Below, one piece after another: positions 23,838-31,338 of a DNA stretch of 32,000 bases. Under the pieces are notes generated by a model. That model was not told the DNA's origin. It was given only the letters and a program-made list of their open reading frames with translations, and searched no databases. Numbering within the stretch: position 1 is the first letter of the stretch; every line of letters starts with the position of its first letter. This DNA is from Nostoc punctiforme PCC 73102 (GTDB lineage Bacteria > Cyanobacteriota > Cyanobacteriia > Cyanobacteriales > Nostocaceae): assembly GCF_000020025.1 (NCBI RefSeq), contig NC_010628.1, forward strand, positions 3,090,001-3,122,000, read 5' to 3'. Made by a program: the position numbers and the translations under genes.

Positions 23838-24236
23838 TCAGACTGAAAATGCCTTACCGTCAGTTTGACCTTTTGGTGTCGTCCCATGCGCGGCCTGATC
23901 GATCCTGGTCCAGACCTCGTTCGCCATCAGCTCCATAGAGCGCCGGGCGAGCGCTGGATCGGTCCAGTCGTGGCCCGTGTAGAGCAGTGTGCCGAACGCG
24001 CCGACCTCGTTGCGGAATGCAAGAATCTGGTCTGCGACGCTCTGGGGGGTTCCCGCGATTACGAGACGCTCGATGCACCGCTTCGTGGAGAGTTCGGAAT
24101 CCGGCTGGTCAGCGAGCACGACCGCTTCGCGATCCTCGCGGAGAACGTCCCCATAGAAACGGGACAGCGGGTGGACGGGCTGGATGAAGAATCCGAGCTT
24201 CAGGGAGTTCTGCATTGAGTCTTTATAGTCGTTCAT
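23838..24236 (-). pseudogene. Internally deleted luciferase-like (LLM-class) flavin monooxygenase remnant on a GC-rich foreign fragment
   Basis: The N-terminal LLM start (KLGFFIQPVHP...DVLREDREAVVLADQ) is fused to an LLM C-terminal region (..RLVIAGTPQSVADQILAFRNEVG..DW.D...ARRSMELMANEV). About 200 aa of the TIM barrel is missing. The G+C content is visibly much higher than in the flanks, which produces overlapping ORFs on both strands. Confidence 0.6.
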
Positions 24237-24426
24237 TCGTTCCGTAGTTACAAAAACTCATCCTTTGATAGCTAAACTAACATCTGTAGTTAATACAACT
24301 TAAGCTGTACTAATAAATGTAGATACTTTAGTTACAAATACTTGTCATTATATAAATAAAACTTTAGTTTTATTTGATAAAATCATTTATCAATTATACA
24401 AAGTCCTTAAATGATAAGTAAACTAG

Positions 24427-24610
24427 AAGTTTTAGTTACTACAGATTGTTCTGAACTTATCACTTAACAAGTTTTAGTAACTACAGCTTGCTCTGGAGTT
24501 ACAAACAAACAAATTTTATTAACTACAGCTTATTCTAGAGTTACAAACGAACAAGTTTTAGTAACTACAGCTTGTTCTGGAGTTGATACAGCTTATTCTG
24601 TAGTAGGGTG
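24427..24610. repeat. Tandem array, 4 x 42 bp (AAGTTTTAGTAACTACAGCTTGTTCTGGAGTTACAAACRAAC); each unit has an internal inverted repeat GTAACT..AGTTAC, and degenerate copies extend upstream to ~24243
   Basis: Units start at 24427, 24469, 24511 and 24553. Fragments such as gtagttacaaaaac, ctgtagttaatacaac and tttagttacaaatac occur at 24243-24350. Confidence 0.85.
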
Positions 24611-24778
24611 CGTTGCACTGCACGATAACGCATCATCTTAAAAATATAAAATTATACCTAATTTGGCAGAATGAGAAATTATCCTACAAAATACAATAAT
24701 TATTGTGGATTTTGCTGAACCAAAATTTAGCTTCAGTAGGGCATAGTAATTTTAGAAACCTCACAAGGAAGTAAATCT

Positions 24779-25166
24779 ATGTCTCAAAGAAAACGCACAT
24801 CTCGCGTTTTAGAAAATGCTGAGTTAAGATTCGCTGGACTCAAAGCAATAAATCCCAATCTGGATCTTGGGGATGCTTATAACTTAATAAACCTGACACA
24901 ATTACTTGAACAGGTACGTACCAAGTTAGAGGGGGCATAACACTATTCTCAGCACGATTGACTCTTCCAAATTAGAACTTGAAGAGTTAGAACAAACTTT
25001 GGGCGCTTTCTCAGAGAAAATGCTCACAGGGATTGCTTTTAAATACGGCAAAGACAGCCGCGAATATGAGATGGCTGGTGGAGTTCGCAGAAGTGAGAGT
25101 CTCCGTAAAAGCAGAGCGACTCGCTTAAAAACTGTTGCCAAGAAAGCATCAAGCCAGAGTGTTTAA
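24779..25166 (+). pseudogene. Conserved-looking hypothetical gene split by a frameshift at a G5 run
   Basis: ATG 24779 gives MSQRKRTSRVLENAELRFAGLKAINPNLDLGDAYNLINLTQLLEQVRTKLEGA-stop (24938-24940). A coherent continuation, ..HNTILSTIDSSKLELEELEQTLGAFSEKMLTGIAFKYGKDSREYEMAGGVRRSE..., runs in another frame to TAA at 25164-25166. The switch point is GGGGG at 24931-24935. Confidence 0.5.
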
Positions 25167-25196
25167 CTAATTCGTAATGACGCTTTCTACAAGACG

Positions 25197-25251
25197 CTGC
25201 GCGTACCCCTATACCGAAGCAAGCTACGCGCAGCATTCGGCTAATTTTTTA
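25197..25251 (+). terminator. Possible hairpin terminator / dispersed hairpin
   Basis: CTGCGCGTA (25197-25205) pairs with TACGCGCAG (25225-25233). The T-run at 25245-25250 is 11 nt downstream of the stem, which is not canonical spacing. Confidence 0.3.
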
Positions 25252-25284
25252 TTCATGCGCCTCATCCCTGAATTTGTGCGCGGG

Positions 25285-25794
25285 TTACACTCCATCAAAA
25301 GTAGATGGATAAAAAACTTTTCCTTTATACCTTTTTTGATAGCTTTGCAGTGGTTTAACCATGAAGACATCCTCTGGTACTGGAAAAGGAGACTCGATTT
25401 CATAAACAACAGAAGGCTGAAAGCCAAAGCGAGTATAGAAGTGGGGATGGCCAAGGACAATCACTATAGCTTCTTTCTTTGCCTCTGCTATTTCTAACCC
25501 TGCTTTTATTAGTGCGCTACCAATACCCTGTCTTTGAAACTGTGGATAAACTGCTAAAGGTGCTAAACCGATTACCTGTAGCGTTTCTTCACCCACTAAA
25601 TCAATGTAGCTGAATAAAATATGACCGACTACAACATTTTCAATCTCTGCAACCAGAGAAAGTTCTGGAATATAGCGGTCAGAACGGCGAATTTTCTCTA
25701 CAAGTTTAGCCTCATTTTCTTGCCCAAAAGCTAATGTATTCACCTCAGCTATTACTGTGTAATCTGACAGAGTTTCATAACGGATATCGATCAT
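25285..25794 (-). CDS. GNAT family N-acetyltransferase
   Basis: The likely start is the ATG at 25794 (MIDIRYETLSDY...), not the longer track ORF. The acetyl-CoA motif is QRQGIGSALIKAG. Its ATG overlaps the upstream gene's stop as ATGA. Confidence 0.85.
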   Translation of the reverse strand: MIDIRYETLSDYTVIAEVNTLAFGQENEAKLVEKIRRSDRYIPELSLVAEIENVVVGHILFSYIDLVGEETLQVIGLAPLAVYPQFQRQGIGSALIKAGLEIAEAKKEAIVIVLGHPHFYTRFGFQPSVVYEIESPFPVPEDVFMVKPLQSYQKRYKGKVFYPSTFDGV

Positions 25795-26300
25795 TTTAAA
25801 ACTAATTCCATAAAAACCCACTTTGCTCGGTATTCTAAAGGAATCTCTGTTTTTTCTAAATACGGCTCGATATCCTGAAAGCCACATACACGATAAAGTG
25901 TATGTGCTTCCTTTGCAGAAGGGGCGCTGTCTAAACGAATCTTTGAGTAACCAATATTAGAAGCTTCATTGATGATAGTTTCTAATAATGCTTTACCGAT
26001 TCCTTTTTTGCGAAATTCTGGTCTTACATACATCCTTTTAAGTTCGCCAATATCTTCACCAATTTTTCGCAAGCAAGCGCAACCTGCTATTTTTGCCTCG
26101 TATTGTCCCAAAAGCAAGCGTCCTGAAGGGGGTATAAATTCGTGCAGTTGAGTCATATATTGCTCAAAGAATGTATTCACATCTAAATTGATGCCGAACT
26201 GATGGCTGGCTATCAACTTAGTCTCGTTAAAATATTCCCAAAACAGTTCGTGTATATGAGATTTATGTTCGTCAATCTCTACCTGTATAATTTTAAGCAA
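25791..26300 (-). CDS. GNAT family N-acetyltransferase
   Basis: 169-aa ORF with RKKGIGKALLE. It has a TTG start at 26300, preceded by GGAGG 8 nt upstream and an in-frame TAA two codons upstream. Confidence 0.85.
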   Translation of the reverse strand: MLKIIQVEIDEHKSHIHELFWEYFNETKLIASHQFGINLDVNTFFEQYMTQLHEFIPPSGRLLLGQYEAKIAGCACLRKIGEDIGELKRMYVRPEFRKKGIGKALLETIINEASNIGYSKIRLDSAPSAKEAHTLYRVCGFQDIEPYLEKTEIPLEYRAKWVFMELVLK

Positions 26301-26556
26301 ACTTTATGCCTCCGCTAATTAATTGAATAAAAATCGGTATAAAGAGAATTTACTTGCAGTTAGCTTGTGATAATTTAAACACAGCACAAAGCTCTTACCC
26401 AAGGGTGAGGGACATTATACATCATAAATTTATGTTGGAAATAGTACGGGCTATAGCTAGCGTAAAGTGGACAATTTGACAATCTTTAATACTCAAACTA
26501 CTTGGCGTATAGTCATAATCTGTCCGCACGCAACAAGAACGCAAGACACTTAATAT

Positions 26557-27783
26557 ATGGTTCGAGAGCTAGAAAAAAAACGCCAGAGTGCAAAGTTTCC
26601 CGAAACAGCACCGGCTGCTAATCCCGTATTTTTTAGAACCTATAGCCGCCGGACTAAGGCGGGACTAAGGGAAACATGGGATGAGGTATGCGATCGCACT
26701 CTCCTCGGCTTAGTCGAGTTGGGAAAGCTCACTCAAGAAGAAGCTGCCATACTGGATAAGATGCAGCGCAACTTGAAAGCTATGCCCAGTGGACGCTGGC
26801 TATGGGTTGGTGGCACAGACTGGATAACCAAACCAAAGAACTTTTCCGGCGCTTATAATTGCACCTCTACCAATCTCGAAGACTGGAGTGCCTTCGGATT
26901 AATGATGGATCTGGCAATGATGGGCTGTGGTACTGGAGCCGTCCTAGAACCACAATTTATTAACCAGTTGCCCCCTATTCGTAATCAACTGAATGTTACT
27001 GTACAAGGTGAAATTGGCAGCACTCCTGTGCAACAGCGACGTGAATATACTCAAACTCATATAGAAGGCAATAAGGTCACTATTCACGTTGGAGATAGCC
27101 GTGAAGGTTGGGTTGAATCATATCAAGCCCTATTAGAACTCTCTACTGATGAACAGTTTTCAGCAGCAGTTGAAGTATTAGTTGATATCAGCGATGTCCG
27201 AAAAGCGGGAGAAACTCTCAACGGCTTTGGAGGAGTTGCTAATCCTGTGAAATTACCCGGACTTTATCAGCGTTGTGCTTCCATCCTGAGTAAAGCTGTA
27301 GGACGACAATTAAGTTCAGTTGAATGTTGTTTGTTAATCGATCAAGCTGCTGTAACAATTGTTGCAGGTAATATCCGAAGAAGCGCGGGGATGCGTCAGT
27401 TTATTGCTGACGATGAACAAGGAGCTACTGCCAAAGATAACTTATGGCAGCAAGATGAAAATGGCAATTGGCGAATCGATCCAGAGCGTGATGCACTCAG
27501 GATGGCAAACCATACCAGAGTTTTTCACCGAAAACCAACCTTAGAAGAATGTCTGAATGCTGTCCGCAAACAGTATTATAGCGGCGAGGGAGCGATTCAA
27601 TGGGCTGGTGAAGCCGTAGCGCGATCGAACATTGATTTGCTGCCAACACAAGCTTTGAAAGTTGAATTTTTACAAGCTTATGAACAAGGAACAGCAAAAC
27701 AGTGGTTAGAAGAACGTTATTCAAATCTTGATGCTAATGAGTTAGAACATCGTTTAGCTCGCTATGGGCTAAATCCGTGTGGT
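26557..27783 (+). CDS. nrdJ: Adenosylcobalamin-dependent ribonucleoside-triphosphate reductase (class II RNR), exon 1
   Basis: The N-terminus ..FPETAPAANPVFFRTYSRR.. is typical of cyanobacterial NrdJ. The exon ends at ..GLNPCG, the first part of the catalytic NPCGEI motif. The genomic frame then hits TGA after one more codon. Confidence 0.85.
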
Positions 27784-28166
27784 AAGTGATTTTGCCTCAC
27801 GTTAAAAACCTCGCAAAAACGGGGAAAGCTGAGATGCTAATCCCGTGGTAATCAAAGGAATTAAAAAGTCTTTGACACCGTACAGCGTAGAGAGTGAAAC
27901 TAGATAACATCAGAAATTTGTGTCTAGAATATAATCTCTCCAAGAGTGCGGGGGTGGATGTGAAAAACACTTGTGTTGAGCGGCTTTCCCTGAGCGTAGC
28001 CGTAAAGCCTGCGGCATAGCTACGCTTAGGGCGCAGCCTCTCGTAGAGAAGGGAGCCGAAACACTTTTATTATCTGAAGTCACATCTGCAAAAGGTACGC
28101 GGAGCTACTGCAAATAATCAAGCAGTAGAACTAGGGGATAAAAAGCCTCTAGGGTAACAAAGAAAG
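27784..28166 (+). other. Group I-type intron (383 nt, no ORF) interrupting nrdJ
   Basis: The 5' exon ends in U (27783) and the intron ends in G (28166). GCCUCAC (27794-27800) pairs with 5' exon GUGUGGU (27777-27783), including a U-G wobble at the splice site (P1). The immediately adjacent GAUUUU (27788-27793) pairs with 3' exon GAAAUC (28167-28172) (P10). Several internal stems are visible. Joining the exons restores NPCG-EIIGSNFHCNLSEV in frame. Confidence 0.75.
27972..28064. repeat. Hairpin dispersed repeat (MITE-like) nested in the intron
   Basis: The termini gtgttgagcggctttccc and gggagccgaaacac are imperfect inverted repeats. There is an inner palindrome gcgtagc...gctacgc. The core is shared with the kinase insert at 18845-18905. 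Confidence 0.75.
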
Positions 28167-29240
28167 GAAATCATCGGCAGTAATTTCCACTGCAATTTGT
28201 CAGAGGTTCACCTCAATCAAATCGACCCACGTAACTACAAAGAACAAGAAGAGGCTTTCACTGCTGGGGCGCTATCTGTAGCAGCACTTTTAAATCACAA
28301 ATTCTTGGAACCACGCTATCAATACAGCCGTGAATTAGACCCGATTGTGGGAGTTTCTTTTACAGGTTTATTTGATTTCTTTGTCCATGCTTTTGGTGTT
28401 GATTGGTTGCGCTGGTGGGAAGCAGGAAGACCTGCAACACCCCAAGGATTAGCTTTCAAGCGTGAGGAAGAAAAATATCTAAGCTCTTGGAAAGATATTG
28501 TACATCGTGTAGTTTGGGATTATTGCGATCGCCACAATCTCAAACGTCCAAATCGCTGTACCACAGTCCAACCCAGTGGTACTAAGGCTTTGTTAACTAA
28601 TGCTAGTTCAGGATGGCATCCCCCCAAAGCCCAAAGATTTATTCGCCGCATCACCTTCGGCAAAAATGATCCAGTAGCTTTAGCCTGTATTGACTACGGT
28701 TACAATGTCATTCCCTCACAATCAGACAAAGATGAACAGGGCAATTTGCTCAACGATCCCTTTGATTCACGGGTGAGTGAATGGCTAGTAGAAATCCCTG
28801 TTTCTGTATCTTGGGCAGATTTACCAGGTGCTGATGAAATTGATGTTTCTAAGTTTTCAGTCTTAGCCCAATTTGATTTTGTCCTCCAGGTTCAACGCTG
28901 GTATGTGACTCACAATACATCAGCTACTTTGGAACTGCGTTCTGATGAAATCGAACCTTTGGGACAGAAAATCTATGAAACTATTCAGAGCGATCGGGGA
29001 TATATTTCAGCAGCTCTTTTAGCTCGTTTTGATGACTTGCAATCATTCCCACGTTTACCATTTGAACCAATAGACAAACCAACCTACGAGCGCTTGAATC
29101 AAGAGGTGAAAACACGGCGGAAAACAGATGATTTCTGTGCAGTCTTAAGCCGCTACGATTTAGGTGAAATGTCAGAGGCTGGCCCTAGTGGTTGTGATTC
29201 TGATAAATGTATGTTTCCCGATCAGCAACCAAGCTCATAA
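28167..29240 (+). CDS. nrdJ: Class II ribonucleotide reductase, exon 2
   Basis: Same frame as track ORF 28197-29240, extended upstream to EIIGSNFHCNLSEVHLN. The C-terminus carries the redox cysteine pair (..GCDSDKC..). Confidence 0.85.
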   Translation, partial: EIIGSNFHCNLSEVHLNQIDPRNYKEQEEAFTAGALSVAALLNHKFLEPRYQYSRELDPIVGVSFTGLFDFFVHAFGVDWLRWWEAGRPATPQGLAFKREEEKYLSSWKDIVHRVVWDYCDRHNLKRPNRCTTVQPSGTKALLTNASSGWHPPKAQRFIRRITFGKNDPVALACIDYGYNVIPSQSDKDEQGNLLNDPFDSRVSEWLVEIPVSVSWADLPGADEIDVSKFSVLAQFDFVLQVQRWYVTHNTSATLELRSDEIEPLGQKIYETIQSDRGYISAALLARFDDLQSFPRLPFEPIDKPTYERLNQEVKTRRKTDDFCAVLSRYDLGEMSEAGPSGCDSDKCMFPDQQPSS

Positions 29241-29389
29241 GGTGAAATAACATCAACTTAGGGTAGGCACTATTTATTTACAGAACTTAGGCACGAGTTA
29301 CGGAATAACGAACCACAGAGACGCAGAGGACACAGAGAAATGAGAGTTTGAAAAATGTTGTGCGTAAGTCCTAATTTATTACAATAAAC

Positions 29390-29427
29390 AGCAGTGGTTT
29401 AATATGACATTAAACCACTGCTTTTTC
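29390..29427 (+). terminator. Rho-independent terminator after nrdJ
   Basis: AGCAGTGGTTTAAT (29390-29403) pairs with ATTAAACCACTGCT (29409-29422): a 14-bp perfect stem with a 5-nt loop, followed by TTTTT. Confidence 0.85.
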
Positions 29428-29428
29428 T

Positions 29429-30442
29429 ATGAAAGCTTACGAAATTAAAAGCAACGCTGGGATTGATGCCCTTGCATTAGTCGATCGCGCTGAACCAAAA
29501 CCAACTGCGGGACAAGTTCTCATTCAAGTCAAAGCAACATCCTTAAATTACCGCGATTTGCTCGTCGCTGAGGGTGCTTACGGTGCTGGACAGAAATATC
29601 CCTTAATTCCCCTATCTGACGGTGCAGGGGAGGTTGTGGCGGTGGGGGAAGGTGTGACACGGGTGAAAATAGGCGATCGCGTCGCTGGTATTTTCTTCCA
29701 AGACTGGATTTATGGCTCTTTAACCAAAGAGAAAATGAAATCCGATCTCGGAGGCGGTATCGATGGAATGCTGGCTGAATATGTCGTATTACACCAAGAT
29801 GCTTTGGTAATATTACCTGATTATTTATCCTACATTGAAGGGGCAACTTTACCCTGTGCAGCAGTCACAGCTTGGCATGGACTGGTGACAAAAGGCAATA
29901 TTGGCGCAGGTGATAATGTTTTATTACTCGGTACTGGGGGAGTTTCGATTTTTGCTCTCCAGTTTGCCAAGATACATGGTGCTAGAGCAATTATTACTTC
30001 CAGCAGTGATGATAAATTAGCACGAGCTAAACAGCTTGGTGCTGACGAGACAATCAACTACAAAACAACACCAGATTGGGAAAAGCAAGTTTATCAATTA
30101 ACTAATCGCACTGGTGTAGATCATGTAGTTGAAGTAGGCGGTGCAGGTACTCTGCCAAAATCACTACAAGCAGTCCGTATTGGGGGACGGATTAGTTTGA
30201 TTGGCGTATTGTCAGGAAGAGGAAGTGAAATTGACCCCATGCCAATACTTTTTAAGAGTTTAACAGTTCAGGGCATTTATGTCGGCAGTCGAGAAATGTT
30301 TGAGGCGATGAATCAGGCGATGCAACAGCATCAAATCAAACCAATTATTGATCGAGTTTTTCCTTTTGCTGAGGCACGAGAAGCTTATCATTATCTTAAA
30401 AGTGCGGCTCACTTTGGGAAAATCGTAATTCGTAATTCGTAA
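29429..30442 (+). CDS. NAD(P)-dependent MDR-family oxidoreductase (zinc-type alcohol dehydrogenase / quinone oxidoreductase-like)
   Basis: 337-aa ORF with a GroES-like N-terminal domain and a Rossmann motif, LLLGTGGVSIFALQFAK. The last codons and the stop are supplied by a (CGTAATT)x4 heptamer array at 30424-30451. Confidence 0.85.
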   Translation: MKAYEIKSNAGIDALALVDRAEPKPTAGQVLIQVKATSLNYRDLLVAEGAYGAGQKYPLIPLSDGAGEVVAVGEGVTRVKIGDRVAGIFFQDWIYGSLTKEKMKSDLGGGIDGMLAEYVVLHQDALVILPDYLSYIEGATLPCAAVTAWHGLVTKGNIGAGDNVLLLGTGGVSIFALQFAKIHGARAIITSSSDDKLARAKQLGADETINYKTTPDWEKQVYQLTNRTGVDHVVEVGGAGTLPKSLQAVRIGGRISLIGVLSGRGSEIDPMPILFKSLTVQGIYVGSREMFEAMNQAMQQHQIKPIIDRVFPFAEAREAYHYLKSAAHFGKIVIRNS

Positions 30443-30476
30443 TTCGTAATTTTAAAGAGTTTAATTCTATTAAGAC

Positions 30477-30606
30477 TAGCCCTTTCAATGTGACTCTTAA
30501 AATCTCTGCGTTCTCTGTGCCTCTGCGGTTTAAAAGCATTTTATTGAACCACAGAGACGCAGAGTACATAGAGAAAAGAAGAATTTTATCCACCTTGAAA
30601 GGGCTA
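30477..30606. repeat. Long imperfect palindrome (MITE-like) containing an inverted pair of CACAGAGACGCAGAG-type repeats
   Basis: agccctttcaa (30478-30488) faces ttgaaagggct (30594-30604). Nested inside, ctctgcgttctctgtgcctctgcggtt faces aaccacagagacgcagagtacatagag. Confidence 0.8.
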
Positions 30607-30620
30607 ACTAACCTATCTAT

Positions 30621-30653
30621 GTTTCAAGTGAGAATTTAAACCCCACTTGAAAC
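30621..30653. terminator. Intergenic hairpin between the convergent oxidoreductase and GST genes
   Basis: GTTTCAAGTG (30621-30630) pairs with CACTTGAAAC (30644-30653): a 10-bp perfect stem with a 13-nt loop. The flanks are A/T-rich but there is no clean U-tract. Confidence 0.35.
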
Positions 30654-30670
30654 ATAATTATGAATTACGT

Positions 30671-31338
30671 TTAAACGGCAGCGAGAGTAGGTGCAGCGAA
30701 TTTAGCGTATCGCTCGATGTAGAATTCCTTAGAGTGAGCGATCACTTTCACAGATTCACGCTCTTTCAAAGCATGTTTCCACTGGCGTACACGGGTAAAC
30801 TCTTCTGGTATCCCGAAACCACGATACTGCTTTAGTGCAGCCCAGCGCTCAAACCAAGGGAAATAGGTGAAATCGACCAAACTGATAGATTCACCAAACC
30901 AGTAAGGGCCTTCCCCAGAAAGCTTTGCCAAACCTTCGTTTTCAATGAATTCCAGGTGTTTGTATAGTTCCTGTTTAGCTTCTTCTTGTTTTTGGGGATC
31001 TGAACTCCGCAGTAGGGTAGAAAAAGCGGGGACGAACCTGGTGTTAGCAAAATCGATCCAAATACGAGCCTGTGCCCTTGCAATGGAGCTGTTGGGTAAC
31101 AGTGGTGGATTGGGAAATACCTCATCGAGATATTCGTTAATTACTGCTGATTCCCAAACTCGGTTATCGTCATGAGTTAGTGCAGGTACTTTACCATAAG
31201 GGGAAACTTTGGTAAAACCTTCAGGCTTATTCTGCAAATCAATTTCAATCAAATCGAAGTCAATGCCCTTTTCTTGAAGTACCAACCGGGTACGGTGAGC
31301 ATAAGGACAAATTCGGACTCACCACTCAGCACTTTTAT
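30671..31338 (-). pseudogene. Omega-like glutathione S-transferase (CPYA active-site type) with an apparently damaged 5' end
   Basis: The GST body is intact from TTG 31285 (VLQEKGIDF...KVPAL...). The active-site segment VRICPYAHRTR lies in frame upstream of that TTG and directly follows an in-frame TGA (31319-31321). A second frame reads IKVLSGESEF up to a TTT run (31309-31311). ATA, not ATG, overlaps the upstream gene's stop. Confidence 0.5.

Noticed and set aside
23860-24218. Three additional ORFs (72 aa -, 117 aa +, 66 aa +) in the GC-rich island
   Set aside because: These are overlapping open frames of the kind expected in high-GC DNA. Only the 132-aa - strand frame shows recognisable LLM oxidoreductase sequence.
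24427-24610. Possible CRISPR array (repeat begins GTTTTAG, has an internal palindrome, ends ACAAAC)
   Set aside because: The units are directly contiguous with a 42-bp period, so there are no spacers. No cas genes are in the window. It is better described as a tandem hairpin repeat.
25177-25497. 106-aa + strand and 78-aa - strand ORFs, and the 31-codon N-terminal extension of the 25285-25887 ORF
   Set aside because: They overlap the GNAT gene in other frames or overlap the upstream GNAT gene. The ATGA-coupled start at 25794 gives a normal-length GNAT.
26301-26556. Cobalamin riboswitch or NrdR box upstream of the B12-dependent nrdJ
   Set aside because: I could not recognise a B12-box-like conserved core or a convincing NrdR-type palindrome by eye. 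Only the unrelated 12-bp palindrome reported above is present.
27784-28166. Alternative explanations for the nrdJ interruption: intein, group II intron, or two separate genes
   Set aside because: Intein: the frame hits TGA after one codon and the insert has stops in frame. Group II: it is far too short, has no GUGYG start or AY end, and has no RT ORF. Split gene: the break falls inside the NPCGEI active-site motif, and the second half has no start codon or RBS at the right place.
31319-31321. The in-frame TGA before the GST CPYA motif read as selenocysteine or programmed readthrough
   Set aside because: I see no SECIS-like hairpin. The upstream in-frame peptide (MLSRQTQHHKSAEW) does not resemble a GST beta1 strand, whereas the neighbouring frame does. 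A 1-nt deletion explains the data better.
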